From positions 59,492 to 123,491 of the forward strand of contig JBFMAT010000003.1 in the NCBI GenBank assembly GCA_040755495.1: a DNA stretch of 64,000 nt, written 5' to 3'. Position 1 is the first letter of the stretch; each line of letters begins with the position of its first letter. The notes below the pieces were generated by a model. It made no database searches, had not been told where the DNA came from, and saw only the letters and a program-made list of their open reading frames with translations. Origin of the DNA: Chloroflexota bacterium (GTDB lineage: Bacteria; Chloroflexota; Limnocylindria; Limnocylindrales; CSP1-4). A program made the translations under genes and the position numbers. Shown in pieces: positions 17,338-27,739 of the stretch.

Positions 17338-17834
17338 CCCAGCGACGCGGCGATGTGCCGGAACACGTCGGCGGCGGCCACGACGCCCAGCGGCCGGTCG
17401 CCGTCCATGATCGGGATGTGGCGGAACCCGCCGACGGCCATCTTGTGGATGGCGATCGCGAGCGTGTCCTCGCTGCGCAGCACGACCGGGTCCGGGGTCA
17501 TGAAGTCCCGGACGTCGAACGCGTCGAGCTTCTTGCCCGCGGCCTTCACCACGGCGTCGCGGTCCGTGAAGATCCCCACCAGGCGGCCCTCGTCGCACAC
17601 GAGGAGGCAGTCGACGCCCGCCGCGTGCATCGTCCGGATGGCCTCCGACACGGGCACCGCGGGAGCCACGATGATCGGCTCGCCGACGCCCAGCGCGAAC
17701 AGGTGCTCGCCCAGGATCGTGTCGTGGTAGTCCGCGAGCGGCTGCGGGATGTCGGATGCGGAGAGGTCGGCGCCGCAGTTGGTGCAGGTGTCCTCGCCCT
17801 CGAAGTTGTCGAACCGGCAGACCGGGCACAGCAT
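17334..17834 (-). CDS. Zn-ribbon + CBS-pair domain protein
   Basis: ORF 17334..17834. N-terminal CPVCRFDNFEGEDTCTNCG, followed by two CBS motifs (VDCLLVCDEGRLVGIFTDRD; FRHIPIMDGDRPLGVVAAADV). Confidence 0.8.
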   Translation of the reverse strand: MLCPVCRFDNFEGEDTCTNCGADLSASDIPQPLADYHDTILGEHLFALGVGEPIIVAPAVPVSEAIRTMHAAGVDCLLVCDEGRLVGIFTDRDAVVKAAGKKLDAFDVRDFMTPDPVVLRSEDTLAIAIHKMAVGGFRHIPIMDGDRPLGVVAAADVFRHIAASLG

Positions 17835-17838
17835 CGGG

Positions 17839-18870
17839 CTACTCCACCGTCCAGGTCTCGCCGGCGAGCAGGACCGTCGCGAGGTCGCCCTCGCCGGACT
17901 TCTCGACCGCCGCCGCGATCTGGGACTCGACCAGGTCCGAGTGGGTGGGCCGGTCCACGTCCCGCAGGACCCCGACCGGGACCGGGAAGTCCGGCCAGAA
18001 CATGCGCGACAGGATCAGGGCGAGGTACGGGTCCTCGGCGTGGGCGTCGTGGACCAGCAGGTCCGCCTCCGTGACGCCGTTCTCGCCGAGCGTGACGACC
18101 TCGGGGTGCAGCCCCCGCAGGCGGATCCCCTTGTCGCGCTCCTTGCCGAACACCATCGGCTGGCCGTGCTCCAGCACCAGCATCCGGTCGTCGCGGACGT
18201 CGCGGTCCGTGAAGTCGCGCCACGCGCCGTCGTTGAAGATGTTGCAGTTCTGGAGGACCTCGATGTACGAGGCGCCGCGGTGGCGCCCGCCGGCCTCGAG
18301 CGTGCCCTGCAGGTGCTCGGTGTGCGTGTCCACCGTCCGGGCGACGAACGTGGCCTCCGCGGCCAGCGCGATCGTGAGCGGCATGATCGGCCGGTCCACC
18401 GAGCCCATCGGCGTCGACTTCGTCCGCTTGCCGAACTCCGAGGTGGGCGAGGTCTGGCCCTTGGTCAGGCCGTAGATCCGGTTGTTGTGCATGACCATCG
18501 TGAAATCCACGTTCCGGCGCATCGAGTGCAGGAAGTGGTTGCCGCCGATGGACAGCGCGTCGCCGTCGCCGGTGATCACCCAGACCATGAGCTCCGGGCG
18601 CGCGATCTTGAGACCCGTGGCCAGCGTGGGGGCGCGGCCGTGGATCGAATGGAAGCCGAACGTGTTCATGTAGTACGGCAGCCGCCCCGAGCAGCCGATG
18701 CCCGAGATGAACACGATGTTCTCGCGCGGCACGCCGAAGTCCGGCATCACCTTCTGGGTCTGGGCGAGGATCGAGTAGTCGCCGCAGCCCGGGCACCAGC
18801 GGACCTCCTGGTCCGACACGAAGTCCTTGCGGGTGAGCGCGACGGGCTGGGTCAACGGCTGGACGGTCAT
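17839..18870 (-). CDS. korB: 2-oxoglutarate/2-oxoacid:ferredoxin oxidoreductase, beta (TPP-binding) subunit
   Basis: 3' part of ORF 17839..19575, from MTVQPLTQ (ATGA overlap with korA). Motifs: WCPGCGDYSIL, SGIGCSGR, ITGDGDALSIGGNH. Confidence 0.9.
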   Translation of the reverse strand: MTVQPLTQPVALTRKDFVSDQEVRWCPGCGDYSILAQTQKVMPDFGVPRENIVFISGIGCSGRLPYYMNTFGFHSIHGRAPTLATGLKIARPELMVWVITGDGDALSIGGNHFLHSMRRNVDFTMVMHNNRIYGLTKGQTSPTSEFGKRTKSTPMGSVDRPIMPLTIALAAEATFVARTVDTHTEHLQGTLEAGGRHRGASYIEVLQNCNIFNDGAWRDFTDRDVRDDRMLVLEHGQPMVFGKERDKGIRLRGLHPEVVTLGENGVTEADLLVHDAHAEDPYLALILSRMFWPDFPVPVGVLRDVDRPTHSDLVESQIAAAVEKSGEGDLATVLLAGETWTVE

Positions 18871-20732
18871 CGGGACGTGGCCTCGAGGAGTCGGACCGCC
18901 TCGTCGACGATCTCGCTGATCCGGAACGGCTTGCCGCGCATCCGGTTGTAGCCGATCGCGTCCACCAGGAAGGTGCCGCGCAGCATGAACGCGAGCTGGC
19001 CGAGGTTGATCTCGGGCACCAGCACCGTGCGGTAGCGGGACAGCACCTCGCCGGTGTTGGCGGGGAACGGGTTCAGGTAGCGCAGGTGGGCGTGGGCGAC
19101 CGACCGGCCCTCGGCCACCAGCCGCTCGGCTGCGCTGCGCAGCACGCCGTACGTGGAGCCCCAGCCCAGGATCAGGAGGTCGCCGCGCTCGGCCCCGAAC
19201 GCCTCGAGGGGCGGGATGTCGTTCGCGATCCGGGCGACCTTCTCGGCCCGGAGCAGCGACATCCGGTGGTGGTTCTCGGGGTCGTAGCTCACGTTGCCCA
19301 GGCCGTCCGCCTTCTCCAGGCCGCCGATGCGGTGCTCGAGGCCGGCGGTGCCCGGGACCGCCCACGGCCGGGCCAGCGTCTCCGGGTCGCGCGAGTAGGG
19401 CAGGAACGTGCCCTCGCCCCGCACCGCGTTGGGGACCGAGATGTCCGGCAGCTCGTCGAGCGACGGCACCTTCCAGGGCTCGGCACCGTTGGCGACGAAC
19501 GCGTCGGACAGGTACGTGACCGGGGTCATGTACTTGAGCGCGATCCGCGACGCCTCGATCGCCAGCGAGAAGCACTCGCCGGGCGTCGCGGGCGCGATCA
19601 CCGGCATCGGCGACTCGCCGTTGCGGCCGTACATCACCTGGAACAGGTCCGCCTGCTCGACCTTGGTGGGCATGCCGGTCGAGGGGCCGGCGCGCTGGAC
19701 GTTGACGATGACCATCGGCAGCTCGGTCATCACCGCCAGGCCCATCGCCTCGGACTTGAGCGCCACGCCGGGACCCGAGGTGCCGGTCAGGGCCAGCGCC
19801 CCGCCGTAGGCCGCGCCGATCGTGGCCCCCATGGCCGCGATCTCGTCCTCGGCCTGGAACGACCGCACGCCGAAGCTCTTGTAGCCGGACAGCTGGTGGA
19901 GGATGTCCGACGCCGGCGTGATTGGGTACGAGCCGTAGAACAGCGGCCGGCCGGCGAGCCGCGAGGCGGTCAGGAAGCCCAGCGCGGTGGCCTCGTTGCC
20001 GGTGATGTTCCGGTACGTCCCGGGGGCCAGCTTCGCCTTGGGCACCCGGTAGGTGGTGTGGAACATCTCGGTCGTCTCGCCGAAGGCGTAGCCCGCCTTG
20101 AGCGCCAGGCGGTTGGCCTCCGCGACCACGGGCCGGGCGCCGAACTTCTCGTCGATCCAGCGGAGCGTCGGCTCCATCGACCGCTCGTACAGCCAGAACA
20201 TCAGGCCGAGGGCGAAGAAGTTCTTGGTCAGGTCGACCTGCTTGCTGGTCATGTCCAGCCCCTCGAGCGCCCGGGCGTTGAGGGTGCTGATCGGGACCTC
20301 GAACACCGTGTACTGCTTGAGCGACCCGTCGGTGAGCGGGTTCGCGGCGTAGGCGGCCTTGCTCAGGTTCTGGGGCGTGAACGCGTCGGCGTTGACGATC
20401 ACGGCGCCGCCCGCCGGCAGCTCGCCGATGTTCGTCTTGAGCGCCGCCGGGTTCATCGCGACCAGGACGTCCGGCGCGTCGCCCGGCGTGTGGATGTCCG
20501 AGGCGGAGAAGCTGATCTGGAACCCGGACACGCCGGGCAGCGACCCGGCGGGCGCCCGGATCTCGGCCGGGTAGTCCGGGAAGGTGCTGATGTCGTTGCC
20601 GAACACGGCCGCGGTCCGGGTGAACTGGGTCCCGGTGAGCTGCATCCCGTCGCCCGAGTCGCCGGCGAACCGGATCGTCACCCGGTCGAGCTGGTGGACC
20701 TCCCGCTCGACTCGATCTGCTGTCGTCGTCAT
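18867..20732 (-). CDS. korA: 2-oxoglutarate/2-oxoacid:ferredoxin oxidoreductase, alpha subunit
   Basis: 3' part of ORF 18867..21122, from MTTTADRVE (ATGA overlap with the upstream CBS gene). Sequence IRFAGDSGDGMQLTG...GNEATALG...YPITPASD...TSGPGVALKSE matches the KorA family pattern. Confidence 0.9.
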   Translation of the reverse strand: MTTTADRVEREVHQLDRVTIRFAGDSGDGMQLTGTQFTRTAAVFGNDISTFPDYPAEIRAPAGSLPGVSGFQISFSASDIHTPGDAPDVLVAMNPAALKTNIGELPAGGAVIVNADAFTPQNLSKAAYAANPLTDGSLKQYTVFEVPISTLNARALEGLDMTSKQVDLTKNFFALGLMFWLYERSMEPTLRWIDEKFGARPVVAEANRLALKAGYAFGETTEMFHTTYRVPKAKLAPGTYRNITGNEATALGFLTASRLAGRPLFYGSYPITPASDILHQLSGYKSFGVRSFQAEDEIAAMGATIGAAYGGALALTGTSGPGVALKSEAMGLAVMTELPMVIVNVQRAGPSTGMPTKVEQADLFQVMYGRNGESPMPVIAPATPGECFSLAIEASRIALKYMTPVTYLSDAFVANGAEPWKVPSLDELPDISVPNAVRGEGTFLPYSRDPETLARPWAVPGTAGLEHRIGGLEKADGLGNVSYDPENHHRMSLLRAEKVARIANDIPPLEAFGAERGDLLILGWGSTYGVLRSAAERLVAEGRSVAHAHLRYLNPFPANTGEVLSRYRTVLVPEINLGQLAFMLRGTFLVDAIGYNRMRGKPFRISEIVDEAVRLLEATSR

Positions 20733-21241
20733 CCGCCTTCGGCCTGCTCCATCCGCTGGTGCGGTCTGGGTGGGAGGTTGAGCAGCTCCTCCGGGAAGGA
20801 CTCCGCGAGGAACTTGAGGATGTCCACCTGTCGCACGACGCCGACCAGGACGCGGCGCTCGTCGATCACGGGGACGTTCCGGAAGCGCCCCGACTGCATC
20901 AGCTCGATGGCGTCGCGGACCGTCTGGTCCAGCCGGAGCGTGCGGGGGTCCGTGTTCATGTAGCGCTCGACGGGGGTGTCGAGGTCCACCGCCGCGGCGA
21001 CGTCCGGGCCGATCAAGCGGCCGAAGATGTCGCGCTCGGTCAGGACGCCCGCGAGGCGGCCGTCGCGCTCGGTCACGAACACCGAGTCGCCGGTGCCGGT
21101 GCGCTGGATCGCGCGGATGCACTCGGCGAGGCTGGTGCCGGGGCTCACGGTCACGGGCCCGCGCCGCCCGACGACCATCAGGGGCTGGGACGCGAGGGTT
21201 GGGACGCGCGCGGCTACGGCGCGCTCGGAGAGCTCTGCCAC
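20729..21241 (-). CDS. CBS-pair domain protein; first gene of the kor operon
   Basis: ORF 20729..21241. Two CBS motifs (DSVFVTERDGRLAGVLTERDI; FRNVPVIDERRVLVGVVRQVDI). Confidence 0.8.
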   Translation of the reverse strand: MAELSERAVAARVPTLASQPLMVVGRRGPVTVSPGTSLAECIRAIQRTGTGDSVFVTERDGRLAGVLTERDIFGRLIGPDVAAAVDLDTPVERYMNTDPRTLRLDQTVRDAIELMQSGRFRNVPVIDERRVLVGVVRQVDILKFLAESFPEELLNLPPRPHQRMEQAEGG

Positions 21242-21312
21242 GCGGGCAAGTGTACGCGTCGTCGCGCGATCGGGAGTCCGGAACGGCCCGTCATCTTCGC
21301 TACCCTCGGCAC

Positions 21313-22317
21313 ATGGATCGCGCCCGCCTGACCGGCATCGCCCTCGTGCTCGTGAGCGCCGTCGCGTTCGGCTCCGGCGGCCTGTTCGCGAAGCCCGTCT
21401 ACGCCGCCGGCGTGGACTGGCTGACGCTGATGGCCTGGCGGTTCGCGATCGCCGGCGGGCTGGCCTGGGTCGTGCTGCTGGCGCGCCCGGGGGCCCGACG
21501 GGCGCTGCGGGCGCTCCCCCGCCGGACCGTGCTGGCGACGATCGGGCTGGGCGTGCTGTACGTCGGCAACACGGCGACGTACTACGCCGGGATCGAGACG
21601 GTGCCGCTGGGGCTGTCGGCGCTGATCGTCTACCTCTACCCGCCCGTGGTGGCGGTGCTGGCGCTCCAGTTCGGCCGCCCGCTGGAGGGGCGGCGCGCGT
21701 GGTCGGCGCTGGGGATCGCCGTGCTGGGCGTCGCGCTCGCGGTCGGCGGCATCGACACCGCCACCGCGCCGCCGGTCGAGGGCCTGGCGCTGATCGTCGT
21801 CTCGCCGCTGATCTACGCGGTGTGGATCATCCTCGCCGCGCGCCACTCCGGCGAGCGCACGGACCGCGTCGGGCGGGAGTCGGACGAGGGGGCCAACGCG
21901 TCCGCGATCGGGGCCGTGATGCTCAGCTCCACGGCCGCCGTGTACTGGGTCGTGACGCTCGCCATCGGGCACCCGGTGCTGCCGGCCGACGTGGTGCCCG
22001 AGGCGTGGCCCGGGATCGTGGCGGTCGCGGTGATCGCCGGGTTCGTGCCGGTCCAGGCGTTCTACGCGGGTGCCCAGCGCGTGGGCGCCGCCCAGGCCTC
22101 GCTGGTCTCGACCGTCGAGCCGCTGTGGACGATCGCGGCCTCGGCCCTGCTGTACGCGGAGCGGCTGGAGCCCGTCCAGTGGGCGGGCGGCGCGCTGATC
22201 CTGGCGGGCGTGGTGCTGTCGCAGACCGGCGGGCGCCGGGGCGCCGGTGGTGCCGCGGCCGCCGGATCGGGCGAGGCCCCGCTGCCGCAGCCCGTGGTGC
22301 GGCTGTCCGAGGAGTAG
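21313..22317 (+). CDS. EamA/DMT-family transporter
   Basis: ORF 21199..22317, starting at MDRARLTG (21313). It has 10 TM-like segments and two EamA halves. TACCCT lies 6 nt upstream of the ATG. Confidence 0.8.
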   Translation: MDRARLTGIALVLVSAVAFGSGGLFAKPVYAAGVDWLTLMAWRFAIAGGLAWVVLLARPGARRALRALPRRTVLATIGLGVLYVGNTATYYAGIETVPLGLSALIVYLYPPVVAVLALQFGRPLEGRRAWSALGIAVLGVALAVGGIDTATAPPVEGLALIVVSPLIYAVWIILAARHSGERTDRVGRESDEGANASAIGAVMLSSTAAVYWVVTLAIGHPVLPADVVPEAWPGIVAVAVIAGFVPVQAFYAGAQRVGAAQASLVSTVEPLWTIAASALLYAERLEPVQWAGGALILAGVVLSQTGGRRGAGGAAAAGSGEAPLPQPVVRLSEE

Positions 22318-22359
22318 CGGTTCCGGGGACCCTGCGTGCCTCGCCCGGCGGGGGCGCGT

Positions 22360-22560
22360 CCGCGCAGATCTCGTCCGCGGAGATCTCGTCCGCGTGGGCG
22401 CAAGGGGTGGTCGCGGGCCTGTGAGTCCCGCAAACCGGTCCGAGGCATCGGCCTGCCGGCCCTACCGGTCGGATCCGGGACCCACGGGCCCGGAATGTGA
22501 CCGAAGGCGGCGTCGCGGGGTCCTTCGGGGCCGAACGCGGGCCTGTGAGTCCCGCGCCGG
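22360..22560. repeat. Intergenic repeats: tandem AGATCTCGTCCGCG x2, and two copies of GCGGGCCTGTGAGTCCCGC 126 bp apart
   Basis: Seen directly (copies at about 22412-22430 and 22538-22556). A related CCTGAGAGTCCCGCGCCG spans the alr stop at about 24669-24686. Confidence 0.7.
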
Positions 22561-22644
22561 CCGGGTCGAGGGAGCCTGCGACGGGTCGACGCGGCTCCAG
22601 CCCCCGAGGCCTCCGGCGCGTGCGGCGGCCGGTCGATCGCTCGG

Positions 22645-23445
22645 TCAGGCGATCGTGGCCCGGGCCCGGGCGAGGTTGTCGCGCGCCGCCGCGACGAGGA
22701 ACGACGTGTCGGAGCCGATCCCCACGAACGTGAAGCCCTGGGCCAGGGCGTCAGGCAGCCCGCCCGCGTCCTTGAGCAGGATCCCGGCGGCCTTGCCGTG
22801 GGCCCGAGCCGAGCCGACCACCCGGTCCAGCGCGTCGACGAACGCCGGCTCGTCGAACCGGCCCGGCATGCCCATCGAGTGCGACAGGTCGGCCGGGCCG
22901 ACGAACAGGACGTCGACGCCCTCGATGGCGCCGATCGCGCCCGACGCCTCCACCGCCGCGAGCGACTCCACCTGGAACACGCCGGTCAGGCGCTCGTTTC
23001 GCTCCCGGACCTCCGCGTGCGAGGCCTCGAGGAACCCGCCGCCCCGGTTGGCCAGCGCCACGCCCCGGATGCCGGCCGGCGGAAAGCGCATCCAGGACAG
23101 CGTCTCCTCCACCTCGGCGACCGTCTCGAGCCGCGGGATCATCAGCCCGTCGGCGCCCAGGTCCAGCGCCCGCCCCACGCGCAGCCGCTCCGCGGACGCG
23201 ACCCGGACGAGCCCCGCCGTCGGCGTCCCCTGGACGGCCAGCAGCTGGGCGTGCAGGTCCGCCTCCGAGCCCATGCCGTGCTCGAGGTCCACGATCATCC
23301 AGTCGAAGCCCGCCCGGGCGAGCAGCTCCGCGCCCGCGAGCGAGCCGAGGTTGGCGAAGGCGCCGATGGTGACCTCGCCGGCGAGGACGCGGCGACGGAG
23401 GTCGGGGCGGGGCGGCAGGGGCGGGGCGGGCGGCAGGGCGGTCAT
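22645..23445 (-). CDS. HpcH/HpaI-family aldolase (2-keto-3-deoxy-sugar-acid / 2,4-dihydroxyhept-2-enedioate aldolase type)
   Basis: ORF 22645..23445. Family-typical regions: FDWMIVDLEHG, LVRV, GADGLMIPRLET, VESLAAVE, DVLFVGPADLS. Confidence 0.8.
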   Translation of the reverse strand: MTALPPAPPLPPRPDLRRRVLAGEVTIGAFANLGSLAGAELLARAGFDWMIVDLEHGMGSEADLHAQLLAVQGTPTAGLVRVASAERLRVGRALDLGADGLMIPRLETVAEVEETLSWMRFPPAGIRGVALANRGGGFLEASHAEVRERNERLTGVFQVESLAAVEASGAIGAIEGVDVLFVGPADLSHSMGMPGRFDEPAFVDALDRVVGSARAHGKAAGILLKDAGGLPDALAQGFTFVGIGSDTSFLVAAARDNLARARATIA

Positions 23446-23473
23446 GCGGCGATGATGCCCTACCGCGCGCCGC

Positions 23474-23503
23474 TTGACGCTGCCCGGCGGCAGGCCGCAT
23501 GGT
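23474..23503 (+). promoter_or_regulatory. Promoter-like TTGACG-18nt-CATGGT, 8 nt upstream of the alr ATG (leaderless geometry)
   Basis: Seen directly in the 66-bp divergent region between the aldolase gene and alr. Confidence 0.4.
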
Positions 23504-23511
23504 CATCCGCC

Positions 23512-24675
23512 ATGACGACCCCCGTGCGCCACCCCGCCTGGATCGAGGTCGACCTCGACGCGCTGGTGTCGAACGCCCGCGTGCTTCGCGAGATCGTGGC
23601 GCCGCCGGCGCGGCTCGGGATCCTGGTCAAGGCCAACGGGTACGGCCACGGGACGGTGGAATCGGCGCGGGCCGCGCTCGCGGGCGGCGCGGACCACCTG
23701 ATCGTGGCCGCGTTCGAGGAGGGGCAGGCCCTGCGGGACGCCGGGATCACGGCGCCGGTGCTGGTCGTGTACCCGGTGGCCCCGGGCGCGGTGGTCGAGG
23801 CGGCCCGCCTGGGCCTCGAGCTGTCGGTCTCGGGCCTCGCCTCGGCGCGGCAGCTGGTCGCCGCCATCGGGGCCGGTCGGGACGCCCTGGGCGGGCGGCT
23901 GGCCGTGCACGTCGAGGTGGATTCCGGGATGGCGCGCGGCGGGTCCCGCCCTCGCGACGTCCCCGCGGTGCTCGAGCTGCTCGAGGACTGCCCGGGCGTC
24001 GAGGTCATCGGCCTGTGGTCGCACCTGCTGGACGGCAGCTCGCCCGAGGCGACGCTGGGCCAGGTCCGCGAGCTCGCCGCGGCCTCGGAGCTGGTCACGG
24101 GCTCCGGGCGGCCCCTGCCGCCCCGCCACCTGGCGGCGACGGAGGGCCTGTTCACGCAGACCGCCCCGGTCCACGACATGGCGCGCATCGGCCTCGCGTT
24201 CTACGGCGAGCTCGGGCTGGACGTGGAGCCGGCGCCGGGGCTGCGGGCCGCGGCCGGACGGCTGCGGCCGGCGATGACGGTCCGGGCGCGGGCGGTCCAC
24301 CTCGAGCCCGTCGCGACCGGGGCGACGGTCGGCTACGGCGGGGAATGGACGGCAGCCCGCCCGTCGCTGGTCGCCACCCTGCCGATCGGCTACGCGGATG
24401 GCTGGACGCGCCGCACGTGGCCCGGTGGCGAGGTGCTCGTGCGCGGGCGGCGCGTCCCGGTCGTGGGCCGCATCTCGATGGACTCGACCTGCGTGGACGT
24501 GACGGAGGTCGAGGGCGTGGACCTCGAGGACGAGTACGTCCTGCTCGGGGCCCAGGGGTCGGACCGGATCACCGCCAACGAGCTCGCCCGGCTGCGCGGC
24601 TCGATCCCCAACGAGGTGCTCGCCACGCTCGGGCCGCGGCTGCCGCGGGTGTACTGGGGCGCGCTCGCGACCTGA
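23512..24675 (+). CDS. alr: Alanine racemase
   Basis: 3' part of ORF 22798..24675, from MTTPVRHPAWIEVDL. PLP-Lys motif VKANGYGHG; also RIGLAFYG, PIGYADGW, GRISMD. Confidence 0.9.
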   Translation: MTTPVRHPAWIEVDLDALVSNARVLREIVAPPARLGILVKANGYGHGTVESARAALAGGADHLIVAAFEEGQALRDAGITAPVLVVYPVAPGAVVEAARLGLELSVSGLASARQLVAAIGAGRDALGGRLAVHVEVDSGMARGGSRPRDVPAVLELLEDCPGVEVIGLWSHLLDGSSPEATLGQVRELAAASELVTGSGRPLPPRHLAATEGLFTQTAPVHDMARIGLAFYGELGLDVEPAPGLRAAAGRLRPAMTVRARAVHLEPVATGATVGYGGEWTAARPSLVATLPIGYADGWTRRTWPGGEVLVRGRRVPVVGRISMDSTCVDVTEVEGVDLEDEYVLLGAQGSDRITANELARLRGSIPNEVLATLGPRLPRVYWGALAT

Positions 24676-24775
24676 GAGTCCCGCGCCGAAGGACGGGGCC
24701 ACGCCATCCGCGCCGCCGCCTTGCAGCGCGCCCCCCGTTCCGGCATCGTGGGCGGGTCCACAACCCGGAGGGTCC

Positions 24776-25156
24776 ATGTCCCGCAGCGTCCTCATCGTCG
24801 ACGACGAGCAGCACATCCGGCTGCTGATCGAGCAGGCCCTGGAGGAGCTGCTCGACGAGGGCGTCGAGCTGTACACCGCGTCCGACGGCGACGAGGCGCT
24901 GGCCGCCATCGCGGCGCAACGGCCGGACCTCGTGTTCCTGGACGTGATGATGCCCAAGCGGAACGGGCTCGAGGTGTGCCGCGCCGTCCGCGGGGACCTC
25001 GGCCTCGCGCACGCCCACATCGTGCTGCTCACGGCCAAGGGCCAGGCCCACGACCGCGACGAGGGCCTGGCGGCCGGCGCGGACCGCTACCTCACCAAGC
25101 CGTTCGACCCCGACGAGCTGCTCGCGATCGCCCACGAGGTCCTGGGCGGCGCATGA
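24776..25156 (+). CDS. Stand-alone response-regulator receiver domain (CheY-like)
   Basis: ORF 24776..25156. Motifs: VLIVDDE, DLVFLDVMMPKRNG, LLTAKG, YLTKPF. Confidence 0.85.
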   Translation: MSRSVLIVDDEQHIRLLIEQALEELLDEGVELYTASDGDEALAAIAAQRPDLVFLDVMMPKRNGLEVCRAVRGDLGLAHAHIVLLTAKGQAHDRDEGLAAGADRYLTKPFDPDELLAIAHEVLGGA

Positions 25157-25946
25157 GCGAGCTGCGCCGCCTCATCGTCCGGCACCGCCACGTGGCTCCG
25201 ATGGTGTCGGCGCTGCTCGCCGGCACGGATGCCGCGGTCACGATCCGCGACGCCGAGGGCGAGGTCGTCCTCGAGCGCGGCGGGCCGGCCGGCACCGGGC
25301 CCGGCGAGGCCGGCGGCGCCCGCCACGACGTCGCGGTGGACGGCGAGACGCTGGGCTGGGTCGAAGGCGGGCGCAGCGCGCGCGGGATCGCCGCCGTGCT
25401 CGCGTACGCGGCCGCGCGCGAGCGGGACAAGCGCTCGCTCGCCAACGAGGCGCTGGAGCGCTACCGCGAGCTGTCGCTGATCTACGACCTCGCCGCCACG
25501 ATCGGCGGGCACGACGACCTCGAGGCGATCGTGGGCACGGCGGTCGCGGAGCTGTCGCGGCTGCCCAACGACGCGCGGGGGTTCCTGCTCCTGGCCGGCG
25601 CCGACGGCGCGCTCCGAACGCCGGCGGGCGCGGAGTCGACGGGCGGCCCGGTGACCGCCGGCCGGGTGGGCGAGGGGATCGTGGGGACGATCGCGGCCGC
25701 CGGGATCGCGGAGCTGGTCGAGGACGCCGCCGGTGACCCCCGGGCGAGCGACGCGGAGCGCCGGGCGGGGACGCTGGTCGCAGCCCCGCTGCGGGCCGGC
25801 GAGCGGACGATCGGCGTCGTGGGCGCCACCGGGACCGGCGGCGTGTTCCGGGCCGCGGACCTCAAGGTCGTGACCGCGATCGCCGCGCTGGCCGGCCCGG
25901 CGATCGGGCGCGCCATCGCCGCCGACGACGCGCCGGGGGACGGCAC

Positions 25947-25950
<4 letters not shown>
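25153..25950 (+). CDS. GAF-domain protein
   Basis: 3' part of ORF 24721..25950, from MSELRRL (ATGA overlap with the receiver gene). The N-terminal region is unknown, followed by a GAF-like segment (YRELSLIYDLAATIGG...GEGIVGTIAAAG...APLRAGERTIGVVGA). Confidence 0.7.
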
Positions 25951-27407
<1,457 letters not shown>

Positions 27408-27576
27408 CGCGGCCGGATCCGGCGCCCCGGTGGCCCGTTGCCCGCCCGCAACTCCACCTTAAGGCGGGTGGGTACTGGTACCTCCGGGTCATTCCGTCTG
27501 GTACGGACGGGCGCGTAGGGTCGACTTCCTCCACGCGAGAGGCCCACCTCGCACCCAAGCGCCAAAGGAAACCGGG

Positions 27577-27675
27577 ATGAAGTCGACGCTCAAGTGGTAC
27601 GCACAGCGCGCAACGATGTTCCTGGGGGCCATGGCGGCGTTCGCATTCGTGGTGGACGGCGCCAAGCGCTGGTAG
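27577..27675 (+). CDS. Unannotated 32-aa micro-protein MKSTLKWYAQRATMFLGAMAAFAFVVDGAKRW (one TM helix)
   Basis: My own translation; the ORF is too short for the track. AAAGGAAAC SD-like element 6-7 nt upstream, and a strong terminator 31 nt downstream. A paralogue at 37746..37850 shares VVDGAKRW with only synonymous differences. Confidence 0.5.
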   Translation: MKSTLKWYAQRATMFLGAMAAFAFVVDGAKRW

Positions 27676-27706
27676 CCCACCGGTAACGACGACACCGCCG
27701 AGGCAG

Positions 27707-27739
27707 GAGCCGCCGGGGCCCACCGGCGGCTCTTGGATT
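27707..27739 (+). terminator. Rho-independent-type terminator GAGCCGCCGG-ggccca-CCGGCGGCTC + TTGGATT
   Basis: Perfect 10-bp stem read directly, immediately after the micro-ORF. Confidence 0.6.

Noticed and set aside
22318-22644. A known housekeeping ncRNA (SRP/4.5S, 6S, RNase P or tmRNA) in the 327-bp gap
   Set aside because: None of the signature motifs I know is present: the SRP domain IV GGAAGCAGCC-type loop, the RNase P GAGGAAAGUCC, or the tmRNA GGGGCUGA 5' end with a tag ORF. It is reported only as a repeat region.
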